From positions 23,500,001 to 23,564,000 of the forward strand of contig CM059433.1 in the NCBI GenBank assembly GCA_030390025.1: a DNA stretch of 64,000 nt. The letters are read 5' to 3'. Shown piece by piece: positions 38,347 through 51,284 of the stretch. Below the pieces are notes generated by a model, which saw only the letters and a list, made by a program, of their open reading frames with translations, made no database searches and had not been told where the DNA came from. A program made the position numbers and the translations under genes. Numbering within the stretch: position 1 is the stretch's first letter; each line of letters opens with the position of its first letter. The DNA comes from Squalus acanthias (taxonomy: Eukaryota).

Positions 38347-39188
38347 TAGGAATCTCCTGGAACTGCTTTTCGTGGCAGTTTGCTAACCTCCATCAGTTAC
38401 ATTGAAAAGGACTAAAAAATCAAGGTGCATTCATTCCTTCAGTGGCAGGGTTAAACCTTTCCTCAAACACTGAAGAAGTAGAAACCGATGTGATCAGATG
38501 AGGCAACTTCTCTTTCTGGAAAGGCTGTTGGCAAGAATGAAAATGTCAGTGATTTCTAAAATTCAAGAGGTCAAATCATTTGTTGGGGCCGCGCCTGTTT
38601 TACAATATGGCGGGCAGTGCACGGGCGCTCATTCTGCGCCGCAAATGCACTGCCCGCCATATTGAATTGAGCTCCTCCGTAGGCATCCAGGGCATGCGCC
38701 AGAAGTATTTAAAACGCTTGTTAAAATATTTAAATAAGGGTCCTACGCTTGGAGCATTGCAACTTCTTGTTTGTGAAATTAATCTGCCCCAGCGCCTGAC
38801 TCGCCATGTGATAAGCTCGGTCAGCAACTCGAGGCACCAACAGGCAGTGAGGACCCTTCACCAGCGCTATTTAAAGGGCTCATCCACTACATACTGGTTA
38901 GTTGCTGGTTTGTCCTTTTAGGCTGTTGGTTAATTTCTGGGCATTTTTGGCCTCTTTTCTGCCTTCTACAGCTGATTTCTGACTTCTGCTAAGAAGTTTT
39001 TGCTGGTGCTGGACTGCTCTTGGCCGACTTCACAACAGTTATGGGTGGTCTGGTAGGGCGGCCTTTGGAGCTGGAGGACAAGGGGGCAGCAGTCAAGAGG
39101 ACAGCAAAGGGCAGGAGTAGCTGCCACAAGTGGGAGGAGGAGGGCACTGCGCAGGAGGCCGCACCCGAGCCCTGGGTGGAGCCTCCAA

Positions 39189-40866
39189 GCCTCCTGGATT
39201 TTTCCAACCTCAGTGGGTCCGGGGCGGGCAACGTTCGTGGCATGTGGGCACCCCGCATTTGTCTCGATCCCGGCCTCCAACAAGATTGTCCGTTGATGGG
39301 GCTTGTTAAGCCCGCCCTGCAAGGTTCCCGGCCAATTAATAGGAAGCGGGTCTGATGACGTAATTTGATGACGATGTCCACATTCATTTTGACAGTTGTG
39401 CTGTCAGTGTTCTGCAGCATTGAGGTGCTGCAAACACTGGCAATCACTGCATGCAGGGAGTCCTCTTCTCTTCCAATGGGCGGAAAAGACCGCCCCAGGA
39501 GACCAACACAGCCTGGTTACACATTGCACAGGAGGGCACAAGCAGAGATGTCGTCAGGAGGACCAGGCTGCAGTGGCACAAACCTTTCAATTATCCCATT
39601 AGTTCATGAAACGTTACTGCAAAGCCACACTCAACCTCATCCTGCTGTGCCTCTCATCACATCCCCATCACTCTGCCTTCCCTACCCTACTCCTGCACAT
39701 CCTTACTCACACCAACTTACCTTGCACCTCCACCCATCCCTCTCTATCTACATTATCACTTCCCCATCTCACTAGCCACCCCTCACACTCACCCTCATCC
39801 TTGTCCAATCATGTCAACTAACAACACACAAGGGTAGGCAGTTGGGTGTTATCGCCAATGTTCATGTGAAGTTTCTGTTAATGTGTTGTCAAACACAGAA
39901 ATCTTTATTTTCAACACTTTACCTTCTTGGACAGATCTGTGTGCACCTTTGGAAGTGGCTTAGTGAGTTGCAATGAATGGTGAGACATAATGGTACCAGC
40001 CCCCCGCCCCCCCCCCCCCCCCCCCAATGGTGATGAGTGTGAAAGGAATGGCTTGGGCATTGTAGGGATGCTTTATGGTGTTAGTGTGGGGTGGTGCCAA
40101 CCTGGTGCATCATGTGGCAGCCAGGGTGTACAGCATCAAGTGAAGTAAATCTGGCCATGGTGAGGCCATCCCTGGGCTCCTGTGCAGCATCAGGTGATTG
40201 CGGAGAAGGTTGGTGTGGATGTTGGTGCTGCTGGTGTGCCCAGTGATGTTGGCGTTGGGGCTGATCGTGGTGGGATTCTGAGGACCAATGTGAGATAGTT
40301 TCAAGGGCACCGATGCTGATGGAATAGATGGCAGGTGAAGTTGAGATGACAGAAGCGATCTGTCAACGGTGAGAGAGCTTGCTCCAAGGAGGTGACACTG
40401 GATAGAGAGTTTGCTCCAAACACTTCAAACCTCCATAAAGCTGAAAAGTGTATTCCAAATCCTGAAGGCTCCAGCCTCTAAGATTGGAAATTAAACAGCT
40501 GTGAAATGATAGCTTTTATACCACTTTTGCAGCTGTCAACTATTCACAGCAATGCAGAGTCATTGAGAACCCGACACACTTACCTGACGTGATCCCCAAG
40601 CGCTGGGAACCTCATAAAAAAAATGGAAAAATCGTTAGGACCTGGTAAAATGCTGCTTAAATACTTTTAAGCAGCTTCTTAAGTATCTCAATTGCCTGAC
40701 CCGTCACTTAGTGCTGGGTCTGTAAACCGCAGGCAGAGCCAGCACTTGGGAAATTAACAAGGAGGCGGGTTCAGAGCGGACTTCCGCCCCACTGTCAATC
40801 ACTAACCATTTTGACAGAGGACCCGCCTCTGACCCCACCCTCTGAGCACTGGCAAAATTGAGCCCC
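39189..40866 (+). mobile_element. Nested non-autonomous Harbinger derivative
   Basis: Inverted homolog of 2071-3728; ends GGCAAAATTGAGCCCC; host transposase resumes after it. Confidence 0.75.
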
Positions 40867-41451
40867 CACAGTGGGTCTTCAGGGAGCACTTCTCATACAT
40901 GAAGTTCACTGCGTAGCAACGTCTCAGGCTCCTTCACCTCACACCGGAGGCTGGCACCGAGCTATGTGACCTGCTGCATCCAGAACTCAAGTCTCACATC
41001 AGGGCATGGTCAGCACTGCCTATGGTCATCAAGGTCACTGTAGCCCTTAACTCTTATTCAACAGGCTCCTTCTGAGCTTCAGCAGGTGACATCAGTGACG
41101 TCTCCCAGTTTGCTGTTCACCATTGTATCAAGGAGGTCACGGAGGCTCTCTCTGCGAGGATGGACAGCTACATTACTTTCCCAATGGACACAACGAAGCA
41201 GGGTGAGAGAGCCCTAGGCTTCGCCTGTATTGCAAGATTCCCCCAGGAGCAAGATGCCATAGTCTGGATCCACTTTGAACGTGGTTGCTCCCCATCACCA
41301 TCCTGGCATCTTTCTGAACAGAACAGGATGCCACTCATCAACATTCAGCTGGTTTGCGATCATAGGCAGTGCATCATGCCGGAAATGTGCCCAGTTTCCG
41401 AGCAGCAGTCATGTTTCATTTATCCTACTCCAGTCCGCTGTGCCATCTTTA

Positions 41452-41640
41452 TGGAATTTAGAAGATTAAGGGGTGATTTGATTGAAGTTTTCAAGATATT
41501 AAGGGGAACTGATAGGTTAGGTTAGATAGAGAGAAACTACCTCCGCTGGTTGGGGAATCTAGGACTCGGGGACATAGCCTAAAAATTAGAGCCAGGCCTT
41601 TCAGGAGTGAAATTAGGAAACACTTCTACACACAAAGGGG
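41452..41640 (+). mobile_element. CR1 fragment
   Basis: EFRRLRGDLIEVFKILRG. Confidence 0.8.
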
Positions 41641-41957
41641 GTCCCACTGTGCTGTGGATGGAGCAGACCACCCGGTCTATGTTGGATAGAACGGTCTCCA
41701 TGCTCTGCGCAATTTTGGAGCTAGACCGTGACATTGTGTGCAAGCTCTCTGGCAGGCTGCATCTTTGGTAGCCTTGGCACGTGAAATCAGCATCTGAGTC
41801 CTCTGTAGCAGAACTCATTTGTGACTTCACCCTCCGGTGAGCTTGCACCTGTGGTATCCTATCCCCCTGCCCAGGCTCCTGCACACTTGTGCCCAGTGAG
41901 TCACCACATGCAGTTCCCTCGTCTAACCCTGCCTCCAAGGTCAGTGTGGTGTCAGCA

Positions 41958-42426
41958 TCTGGGATGGGGGGATTGTCCTATGAGGAGAGATTGAGTAGAC
42001 TGGGCCTATATTCTCCAGAGTTTAGAAGAATGAGAGGTGATCTCATTGAAACATACAAAATTCTTACAGGGCTTGACAGGGTAGATGCAGGGAGGGTGTT
42101 TCCCCTGGCTGGGGAGTCTAGAACCAGGGGTCACAGTCTCAGAATAAGGGGTCGGCCATTTAGGACTGAGATGAGGAGAAATTTCTTCACTCAGAGGGTG
42201 GTGAATCTTTGGAATTCTCTACCCCAGATGGCTGTGGAGGCTCAGTTGTTGAGTATATTCAAGATAGAGATCGATAGATTTTGGAATATTAAGGGAATCA
42301 AGGGAAATGGGGATAGTTCAGGAAAGTGGAGATGAGGTAGATGATCAGCCATGATCTTATTGAATGGCGGAGCAGGCTCGAGGGGCCAACTGGTCTACTC
42401 CTGCTCCTATTTCTTATGTTCTTATG
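41958..42426 (+). mobile_element. CR1 3' fragment inserted in the Harbinger Myb gene
   Basis: YEERLSRLGLYS..WNSLP; tail TTCTTATGTTCTTATG. Confidence 0.9.
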
Positions 42427-43685
42427 AGCTGGTGTTTGCGATAGACACAGTGACTGTACATCTTCAGAAACACTGCACTCCTCTTCCTCCACTGGCTGAG
42501 GGGCATCGACATTTTGGCAGCTGAAGTGAAAGAAAGGGACAAGGGTAAACTTGTGGTGTGAGGGAGAGCAGAGAGCGAGAAGTGAGTTTTGAAAGGATCT
42601 GCAGCTTGTCATGCAGTGTGTGTGTTGTGAGGGAGAAGTCAAAAGAGACAAAGAGGATCGGGTATACAGAAACCCTGCACGGTGTCTCCTCCAGCATCGC
42701 CAGTGGCCACGGCCTCCACGCTGCCCCTTCCCATGATGGCCAGGCCACTCTTTCAAGGTGGGTGAGGATGTGCAGACGGGCTCTTCCTCCCCCGGTGACA
42801 GCCTGTTGCCTGGTGTTGTTTGTGACCTTCTCCTGCAAGAAAGAGTGAAGTGAGAGTCTTGTGAGGAGTTTGGAGAATGTGGCTGTCATGGTGGAATAGC
42901 TGACAGTGTGTGTGAGACGTGAGTTGTGGGTAAGTGAGGGGTGTAATAGTGGTGAGTGTGTGAGCGTGAGGAGAAGGAGGTTTAGTGAAGTGTGGTGCAG
43001 TGATTGCAGGACAGTGCAGGGTAGGGGGGAGGGCAGCGTTGTGAGTGTTGTAATTAATGAGGCTGTGAGTGGTGCAGCTGTGATCAGAAAGTATGAGAAC
43101 ATTCTTCTTACCAACTCAAATTAGATCATTGAAGTTTATACGGCATTGCAACCATGTCCTTGGTGCAATGCTCCTGGCATTGACGTCCTCAGTGATTTCT
43201 TCCCGCTGTCTACAGAGAAGATGAAGGCTTCCTCCCACTCATTCCCTCCTTCAGCCATTTGTTTACCAACTTGTTCTGTGCAGCCAGAATGCACCTCCCC
43301 TTTAAGAGGTGCAGGCCACCTTTAAGTGGCATTATTGTTGCCCGATATCTCTCCTCCACCCTCCCCCCCCCCCCCCCAAACTAGGCGTGCAGTCAATCAT
43401 TAGCACTGGCTGCACACATGGATCATTAAAATCAGCAGGCAGCACGAATATTGCTCACTAGCTACATGCACGTTAACTGCGCCTGCTTTCGTGATCGGAT
43501 GTCTCAGTCCATATTCTAGTCTCCACTTGCCCGGGCAGACAATAACAATAGGAACAATAAAATGGAGTCGGTTGCTAAAAAGAGAGGGGTTGGGTCCAGG
43601 AAGGATGAGCTTGGATAGCCTACATGCTATTTTCTTGTCCTTAACTTTTCTCATGTTCTTAATTTACTGTAATTGAAAAGATAAT

Positions 43686-44448
43686 GGCCCAAAAATTCGG
43701 CCCTTCCCGGGTGAGTACTCAGTGTGTACTCACCCGTATTCATTCCCGAAGTGCCGGTTTCCTGCATGCACTGCGCATGCGCGGGAAACCGGAACTTCCG
43801 GTATGGCGAAGGGGGCGGTTCCTAGGTGAACCGTGTGCGCACTAGAGGCTGCGCGCACGCAGCACACTTAGATTTTTTTTCAGCTTTCAACACGAGGGTA
43901 AGTATGGAAGATTCTACGCTAATAAAAAGGAGGCGTAAGACCCCTTTTGAACAAGGTAAGTAGTTAATTAAGTATAATTTAAAAAAAATTTCAACAGGTT
44001 TATCTTTTTAGATACTTTAAAGAAAGGTAAGTTTATTTTTCTAACTTTTAAAAAGTATTTTAATTTTTTCAAAAATTTAAATTTTTGTTTAAAGTGGTTA
44101 ATTTATTTAACTATAGTTATTTTATAAATGTGATGGGTTTGTTTTAATTTATTTTAAGTTTAGCTGTTCTTTTGGGGCCGATTTCAATTCACAGATTTGA
44201 CATGTCTCCTGTCAAATCTATGAATGAAAGATGGTCTACTGCCATTGGCTCTCCATGGCCCACGTGATCCCAGGGGTCGCATCGCACTAACTGCGCCCCT
44301 GGGACACGCAAGCACTGCGCGCCGGCTCTTGGGAGAGGCCCAGGACCCGAAGTTCCTGTGGGCCCAAAACACAACGGCAGGCGCGATGGGTAAGAGCGCG
44401 CGCGATCCTTACCCCCGCGGCAAGCCAGGCCACGCGAATTTCTAGGCC
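43686..44448 (+). mobile_element. Harbinger-type MITE (same family as 6786-7527)
   Basis: TIR GGCCCAAAAATT / AATTTCTAGGCC; collinear homology with the inverted copy. Confidence 0.85.
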
Positions 44449-44499
44449 AAATTTATGGCTACTGAAATTTCTAACTCCCAGTGATAATATGTAAATAAT

Positions 44500-44965
44500 T
44501 ACATAGGATCATAGGAACATTCATCCTCTCAAGATTGTTCCACCATTCATAGTTGATCTGTACCTCAACTCTATTTACCCTCCTTTGCACCATATCCCTT
44601 GATACCTTTACCCAACAAAAATCAATTGATCTCAGTCTTGAAAATTTCAATTGATCCGGCATCCACAGCCTTTTGACGGCGAGAGTTCCAGATTTCCGCT
44701 ACCCTTTGCATGAAAAAGTGCTTCCTGATTTCACTCCTGAAAGGCCTAGCTCTCATTTTAAGATTATGCCCTCTTGTTCTGGATTCTCCCACCAGAGGAA
44801 ATCGTTTCTCTGTATCTACCCTATCGAATCATTTTACACACCTCAATGTTATCACCCTCTCAACCTTCTAAACTAAAGCAAATACAAGCCATGTTTATGC
44901 AATCTTTCCTCATAATTTAACCCTTTAAGTCCTGGTATAATTCTGGTGAACTCCTGCTATACTCC
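44500..44965 (-). mobile_element. Degraded CR1 3' fragment
   Basis: CATAGGATCATAGGAAC tail and typical CR1 3' sequence. Confidence 0.8.
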
Positions 44966-44985
44966 CTGTAGCAGAAAAACATCAA

Positions 44986-45477
44986 GGGGTAGAAATTGGT
45001 CATCGTTGAGCCCATTTTAAGGGTGGAAAAAGGGGCGAAACTGACCAATTTCATAGAGCTATGCCCTGCGTTTCAAAAACGCTTGAAAAACACCAGATTG
45101 GCCTCGGATGATTTTCAGGCATCCGGGTTGGTCACCTAATATAGGTATTAGGCCCCCTTGCCTGTTCCAATGAGGGTCTTAACGCCTCTTAGTGAAATTC
45201 AGCTGACCTGGGCGGAGCCAGCGCCGGGGTCTGCTGGCATGGATGTAGCCTGACGAGCAGCTGCCACCAAAAAGCGAAGTACTTTTTTTTTTAAAGGATA
45301 ATGTGGAACCAGGAGAAACATGAGTGCTCTTTCCTGCTCCACAGCACTTCTGAAAGGCGAGCTGCTTGTTGAGGCACGCCAGGCCCAAAATATTTAGATG
45401 AGACCCAATTTCAGACTGAGCTCGAGCCTCTCTGATTGGGTGTGTGCTGTGTCTAGGCCCAAATTAATTTCTACCCC
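44986..45477. mobile_element. Harbinger-type MITE
   Basis: Perfect 12-bp TIR GGGGTAGAAATT / AATTTCTACCCC; TSD CAA. Confidence 0.9.
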
Positions 45478-46754
45478 CAAATGTCACTTTTGTTTTCACT
45501 AGTATGCCTTCACCCATTTCTTTCAACACATGAGCAGTGCACTGGGAGATGGACCAGTAATTGTAAATGTTATATCCTTCCTTATGCATGTATTCTTGGG
45601 GAGATAAATTGATGCAATGGGGGTGAAATTGGTTCTCAGTGGTAGTGCAAAATGGGCAATGACGAATTGGCAGCTCGTTTTACATCGCGCCGTTGGGAAC
45701 AGGTTTATAATTTCAGTTCCTATGTGTATATGTACATTTATATTCTATTCTAAGGCGTTTTGTTATTCAATTCAGTTTTTAAAAATACTGCTACTATTTT
45801 AATTTTTAAGAACCATTTAAGGAATCATTATAAATATCTGTTTGGCTGTTACATCAGGTGAATGTTTTTTGCGACAAATGAATCGGTCTTTATTCAGCAA
45901 CTGAATTTGATGCCAATTGAGGTGGCCTGAGTTCATCAAACCCAATGTCAAAATTACCTTTCCCCAAAGTCCGATTATAGGTCCAGCCCAGAGGTCGTGT
46001 CCAGATGTCTGGACATCCAGCCCAGATCTGCACTTATTCTCACAGGTTTAAGGTAACCGAACCTTTTCATTGCCAGCTCCACACAGTCTGTTGAATAAAT
46101 GTTTGGTTATTTCAACCATCGCTTCAGAACAAAGGAAAACAGTTTTACATTAACACAAATACTCTATTTGCTCAAAGCCATTGTATGAGAGTTCCCAAGT
46201 GCTGCTTTGGTATTAAAATCTGTGTTCAAAGTCAGGCAAAATATTATTGATAATGTACAGAATACATGCTGAGAGGTGGTGACTGATGGAAAAAAGGAGT
46301 GCCAGCGGGCTGCATAACTCAAAGAGGTCTGTGTTGTAAAGAGTTGCTTGCACCTCGATGTATTGTTGCTATCCAGATCTGCAGACTATTACACACTGTA
46401 AGTATTGTGCTGGACTATTACACACTGTAACTATTGTGCTTGGGTGCTCCATGTAAAATAGGAAGTAGGGAGCAGAAACAGGCTGAAAAATGGACAGAGT
46501 TTTAAAAGGGTCAAAAAGAGAGATAGGCAGTATATGTGAGTGTAAAGAGAGAAACAACCCAGGAAAAAGAGGAAGAATGTAAAAACTGGAAACAAATACA
46601 AGTGACAACAAGGAGGTTGGAGAAAGGCAGAACCATAACGCAATCAAAAGAAAACAGAAGATGGAAAGGTAAGAGACAGACAAAAAATATAGCTGGTCAG
46701 ATAATTGCTGGGAACTGTCGTATAGCCTCAATTATTTTAAATATTATTAAACTA

Positions 46755-47299
46755 AACTCATGACTAAGGTCAGAGCATGTGAAGTCAGGGGACAAGTAGC
46801 AGAATGGATAACAAACTGGCTGCAAAACAGAAAACAGAGAGTAGGGGTTAAAGGTAGTTATTCAGATTGGCGGTGGGTGGGAAGTGGTGTTCCAAGGGGA
46901 TCAGTGCTGGGACCACTGTTGTTCACTATTTATATAAATGATTTGGACTTGGGAATGTGGAAGTTCAATATTAAAATTTGCGGATGACACCAAATTGAGG
47001 GGTATAGTTAATACTGAGGAATACAGTGACAAAATACAAGATGACATTAATAAACTTGCAGAATGGGCATGTAAATGGCAAATGAATTTCAATATAGATA
47101 AGTGTGAGGTGGTGCATATTGGGAGGAATAAGGAGGCCACCTGCTTCTTGGAAAGTAAGCGTCTAAATGGGCTAGAGGCACAAAGGGATCATGGAAAATA
47201 GCGATGCAGGTTAATAAGCTCACAATAAGTGCAAAAAAAGCACTGGAGTTCATTTCTAGAGGAATAGAATTCAAAAGCAGAGATGTTATGTTAAAATAT
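46755..47299 (+). mobile_element. CR1 RT fragment (resumes at ~51183-51284 after Harbinger D)
   Basis: [22 protein letters not shown]. Confidence 0.88.
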
Positions 47300-47795
47300 G
47301 GGGCTAAAAATTTGGCTCCGTAGCGCCTGATTTTTCGGCGCCGTTTTGTGATGAAAATGGCATTCGCGCCGCACGCCCACATTTCTGGAGCGTGCCGCAC
47401 CAGACGCCATCTTGGTGAGGGCGTTAGTGTCGGTGCTGGACCGTGTGCCAGAAGTATGTAAAATAGGCAGATCGTGATGTCAATCAGCATGTAACGCTGA
47501 TTTGACGTCAGCGCTGCCATTTTTGCCCTCAACACTGGAGCTAACGCTCTGTGTTAACCTTGCACAGCTGGACAAGCGTTTGGCAGCTGCAAGGACCCCC
47601 TAGCAGCGATATTTAAAGGGCTCATCACCTACTTACAGGTTAGTTGCTGATTAATTTCTACTGGCTCTGTGTAAGCTTGTAGAAGTGTTTGGAGCTTTCT
47701 AGAGTTGTTTAACGTTGGTGAGGTGACAGGGAGTGGTGCTGCAAGTGGAGAAGGCCTTGCTTCAAGAGTTCTGCTCAGACCATTTGCTGCCAGTC

Positions 47796-48790
47796 ATGGG
47801 GGCTCTAGTTGTCATCTCCCTTGGCCTGCAGCAAGACAGGGAGATGCAGCAGAGGCAGCGAAGAAAAGGACAAGCTGCTCACAGGGGGAGGAGGAGGTGC
47901 TCACAGAACTCTGCCACCTCTTGCAACCAGACCTGCAGCCTCACACCAGGGCAAGGACAGCACTGCCAGTGGCTGTTAAGGTGACCATGGCCCTGAATTT
48001 CTTTGCGTCGGGATTCTTCCAGGCTGGAGCAGGCGACATCTGTAACATCTCCCAGTTTGCCGTCCACTGCTGCATAAGAGAGGCGACAGACGCTCTTTAT
48101 GCCAGGAGAGGGGACTTCTGACCAGAGAGAAGCAGACAGAGCATGCACATGACTTTGCCAGGACAGCGGGCTTCCCCATGGTTCACAGCGCCATCAACTG
48201 CATGCACGTGTCCAAATGCTGAGATGTACCGCAACCACAAAGGTTTTCACTCGCTGAATGTGCAGTTGGTGTGCGACCATGCTCAGCACATCATGATGGT
48301 GAATGCCCGGTATCCTGGCAGCACTCATGACGCTTTTATTCTGTGCCAATCCACTGTTTACCCAGTCTTTGAGACCCCAAGACAAACCAGAGGGTGGCTA
48401 CTGGGCGATAAGGGTGATCCGCTGACCACCTGGCTCATAACTCCGCTCCGCGACCCAATCATATGTGGACAGCATTCATACAACAAGAGCCACATAGGGC
48501 AGACCATTGTCGTCCTTAAACAATGCTTCCGCTGACTGGACTGCTCTGGAGGAGCCCTGCAGTACTCACCAGAACGCGTCTCAAGATTCATCGTGGTCTG
48601 CTGCATGCTCCACAACCTCACCATCATGAGGGCACAGCTCTTGCCACCAGGCATACAGTGACCAGCTGAGGAGGAGGAGGAAGAGGAGGAGGAGGAAGGA
48701 GAAGAGGAGGAAGCAAAAGGGAGGAGGCAACCCAGAGAGCACCTTTTTCTCGGGCTGTCCATGATCAACTCATCCGACTGCGGAACAAGT
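47796..48790 (+). pseudogene. Harbinger DDE transposase, disrupted
   Basis: [56 protein letters not shown], acidic tail. Confidence 0.9.
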
Positions 48791-48951
48791 GACTGCAACC
48801 CCAATTCCCCATTCAACAAGAGTCCCACACCTCACCTTCCCTCTGTTACTGCGTCCTCTTGGCCACAATGCTGAAATAAAAGCCACCACAAAAGAAGCAT
48901 TCCAATCCAACTTTATACATCAATCCATCCAATATTACATCACAAAGTCAA

Positions 48952-50793
48952 CTAATCACACTTGCGCATTCCCTTAGTGCCTGACTTGCGTGTGCCTTTG
49001 CCTGTCCTAGTGCTCCTACAAAGTGCTACCCCAGTGGCTGCAGCATGGCTGTTGTCAGGCTGCTGACTTTCAGTGGGGGAGACTGCAGATGGCCTTGCAG
49101 AACGACCTTGAGCACCTCTGGGCCTAGATGGCCCGGCTGCGGACTGCACCACCTCGGCATGGGCAGCAGCAGTCTGGGCTGGCCAGCTGACAGGCAACAG
49201 CAAGGGCACTGGTGGAGTGGCAGTGGTGGGAGGACAAATGCTGTCACCCTGAGAGATGACAGCAGGTTCGTGCTCCACGGAGCCACTGCCACTCCCCCGG
49301 AGGGCGCCTCAGCATTCCTAGCCATCTGTTGGAGAACAGATTGCTGGACTGCTGTGACACCCTGCAAGCCCCTTTCCATATTGGTAAATGCAGCCACGAT
49401 GGCTGCAGTTTGAGCTTGCATGGCATCAAGCTGAGCCTGCATGAGTGCAGTCTGAGCTTGCATGACTTCAGTCTGAGCTTCCACTGCAGCACTCAGATGT
49501 TGGGTGGCTTCCGCTTGTGCTGCAATGGAAGCTGAGACATCAGCCATTAAATGCTGCATCATGGTTGGGTCCACAAGTGTGCCAGTGGATCTGCCCGCCC
49601 CTTCCATGCTGGAAATCACGGACTCCAAGCTCTGCGCAAAGCTCTGTGCAATGTCTGTGCTGGACTCCTCCATGCTCCTTGACATTGCTTTCAGACTTTC
49701 TGGCAGGCCTGCCAATGCACTAAGCATTTTGTTGTGCATACCCATCAGCATTCTTCTGTAAGCCGCCCCATCGATGTCCTCCTCTGAGTCCTCTGCAGCA
49801 GAACTCGTGTGCGACCTCACCCTCAGGGGAGCTGGTACCTGCGCTACCCTTTCCTCCTGCCCTGGCTGGAGCCCACTCATACCCGGTGACTCACCATGTG
49901 CAGATCCCACCTCTAAGCTACCCTTTAAACTACACGCAGTGCCAGTATCTGAGCTGGTGGCTGCATGTGTCAGATCGAGTAGCAGTGTTTCTTCTTCATC
50001 ATCAATCTCCTCTCCCTCTTCTTGCACCACTGGCTGGGCAAGTTGGATTTCTTGGGTCTCTGAAATGAGAAAGGTTGTGGTGAGGGGAGTGGGGGAAAGC
50101 AAGAGGTGTATGCTTACACCATGTGAAACTTGTAAATCATAAGAGATTGTGGGATGAGGGGGAAGTGGGTTGTGAGAAGAAGGATTACATAAGAGGATAC
50201 CGGCATCTTGTATTCTTACAGCCCTGCATTTGGCCATGGGCTCAGCGATACCCCTCCTAAGAATGGCCAACACCGTCTCCTCCATGGGGGTGAGGTTATG
50301 CAGGCAAGTCTACTCCCCCCCCCCCCTCCCCCCCACTGGTTAGGTGCTGCTGGCGCTGATTACAAGCCACTTTTTCCTGCAAGCTATGGGATGTGGGTTT
50401 GAGGCTTGTAGCAGTGGTAAGTTTGTGAGGGTGAGTTGAAGCTATGAATGTGAGGTATGAGTCATGTTTGGTAGAGATTGTTGGTAGGTGAGTGATGGGT
50501 GTGGTGCATTGAGCAGTGTGTGAGGCTTGTGGTGCAGATGGTGGGATATGGCATTTGAAGATGAATTCACTGACCTTGACCACTCGTGTGAGGTCATTAA
50601 ACTTCTTCCTGAACTATACTGCGGGTATTCACCGCAGCGGCTATCTGCTCCCACTGCACTTGCACTGTTGCCTGGAGGGCCTCCTGGCCACCTATGGAAA
50701 GAGGACCTCTCTCCTCCTATCCACCTCCTGCACCAAAGCCTCCAGTGCTCCATTCAAGAACCTTGGTGCATGCTCTCTCCCCTGTTGTGCCAT
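48952..50793 (-). pseudogene. Three-exon Harbinger Myb/SANT-like protein with C-terminal coiled coil (exons 50793-50575, 50376-50201, 50059-48952)
   Basis: MAQQGREHAPRFLNGALEALVQEV...KKFNDL; GT/AG boundaries visible; Ala/Gln heptad-like repeats in ORF 49026-50285; stops and frameshifts present. Confidence 0.82.
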
Positions 50794-51284
50794 CATTACT
50801 TGTTCTTCACTGGCTTCCCCAGCCGGTTCAATGAGCTGCAGCAGGTAGAATGCACCTCCCCTTTAAGAGGTGCAGACAGCCTGTAAGTAGTGCAGGCTAG
50901 CTTTAAGTGGTGCTAGCCTCGCATGAACTTGGGCCCCCTGCAGAGCGATCAGCCTCTCAGCCACTCGTTCAGCGCTGGGCTGAATGCCACAATCATGGAA
51001 ATGAGCAGGCAGCACAGAGTTCGCGAGCAACGTTCCCTCCAAGCTGCACGGCCGCGCAGCTCTCTGCCGGTCCTGCGCAGCCCGGGACCAGCTTTTCCAA
51101 TGTTAAATTCGCGAAACTGTGAATGGGCTGCGCAGCCTCTTAACGAGGTCGTGCACCCCCCCAAAAAATTGGGGGAACATTGCTTAAGAGTACTGTGCAC
51201 AATTCTGGTCTCCATATTACAAAAATGATCTAGAAGCACTGGAGAAAGTGCAAAAAAGGTTTACAAGGATAATACCAAAACTGA

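Larger units (their letters stand above)
38568..43525 (+). mobile_element. Degraded Harbinger element C with nested insertions (boundaries approximate)
   Basis: Transposase remnants at ~39040-39180 and 40870-41450 (LPMVIKVTVALN, INIQLVCDH); Myb gene remnants on minus strand 41640-43260 (RTWLQCRINFNDL). Confidence 0.75.
47300..51180 (+). mobile_element. Harbinger element D, near-complete two-gene layout
   Basis: Left TIR GGGGCTAAAAATTT; transposase on plus strand and convergent spliced Myb gene on minus strand; inserted in a CR1; right TIR degenerate. Confidence 0.88.

Noticed and set aside
46383..46435. Short duplication GACTATTACACACTGTAA
   Set aside because: Ordinary local tandem duplication with no further structure
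49026..50285. 419-aa standalone host protein
   Set aside because: It is exon 2, a read-through intron and exon 3 of the Harbinger Myb gene, with a frameshifted C-terminus
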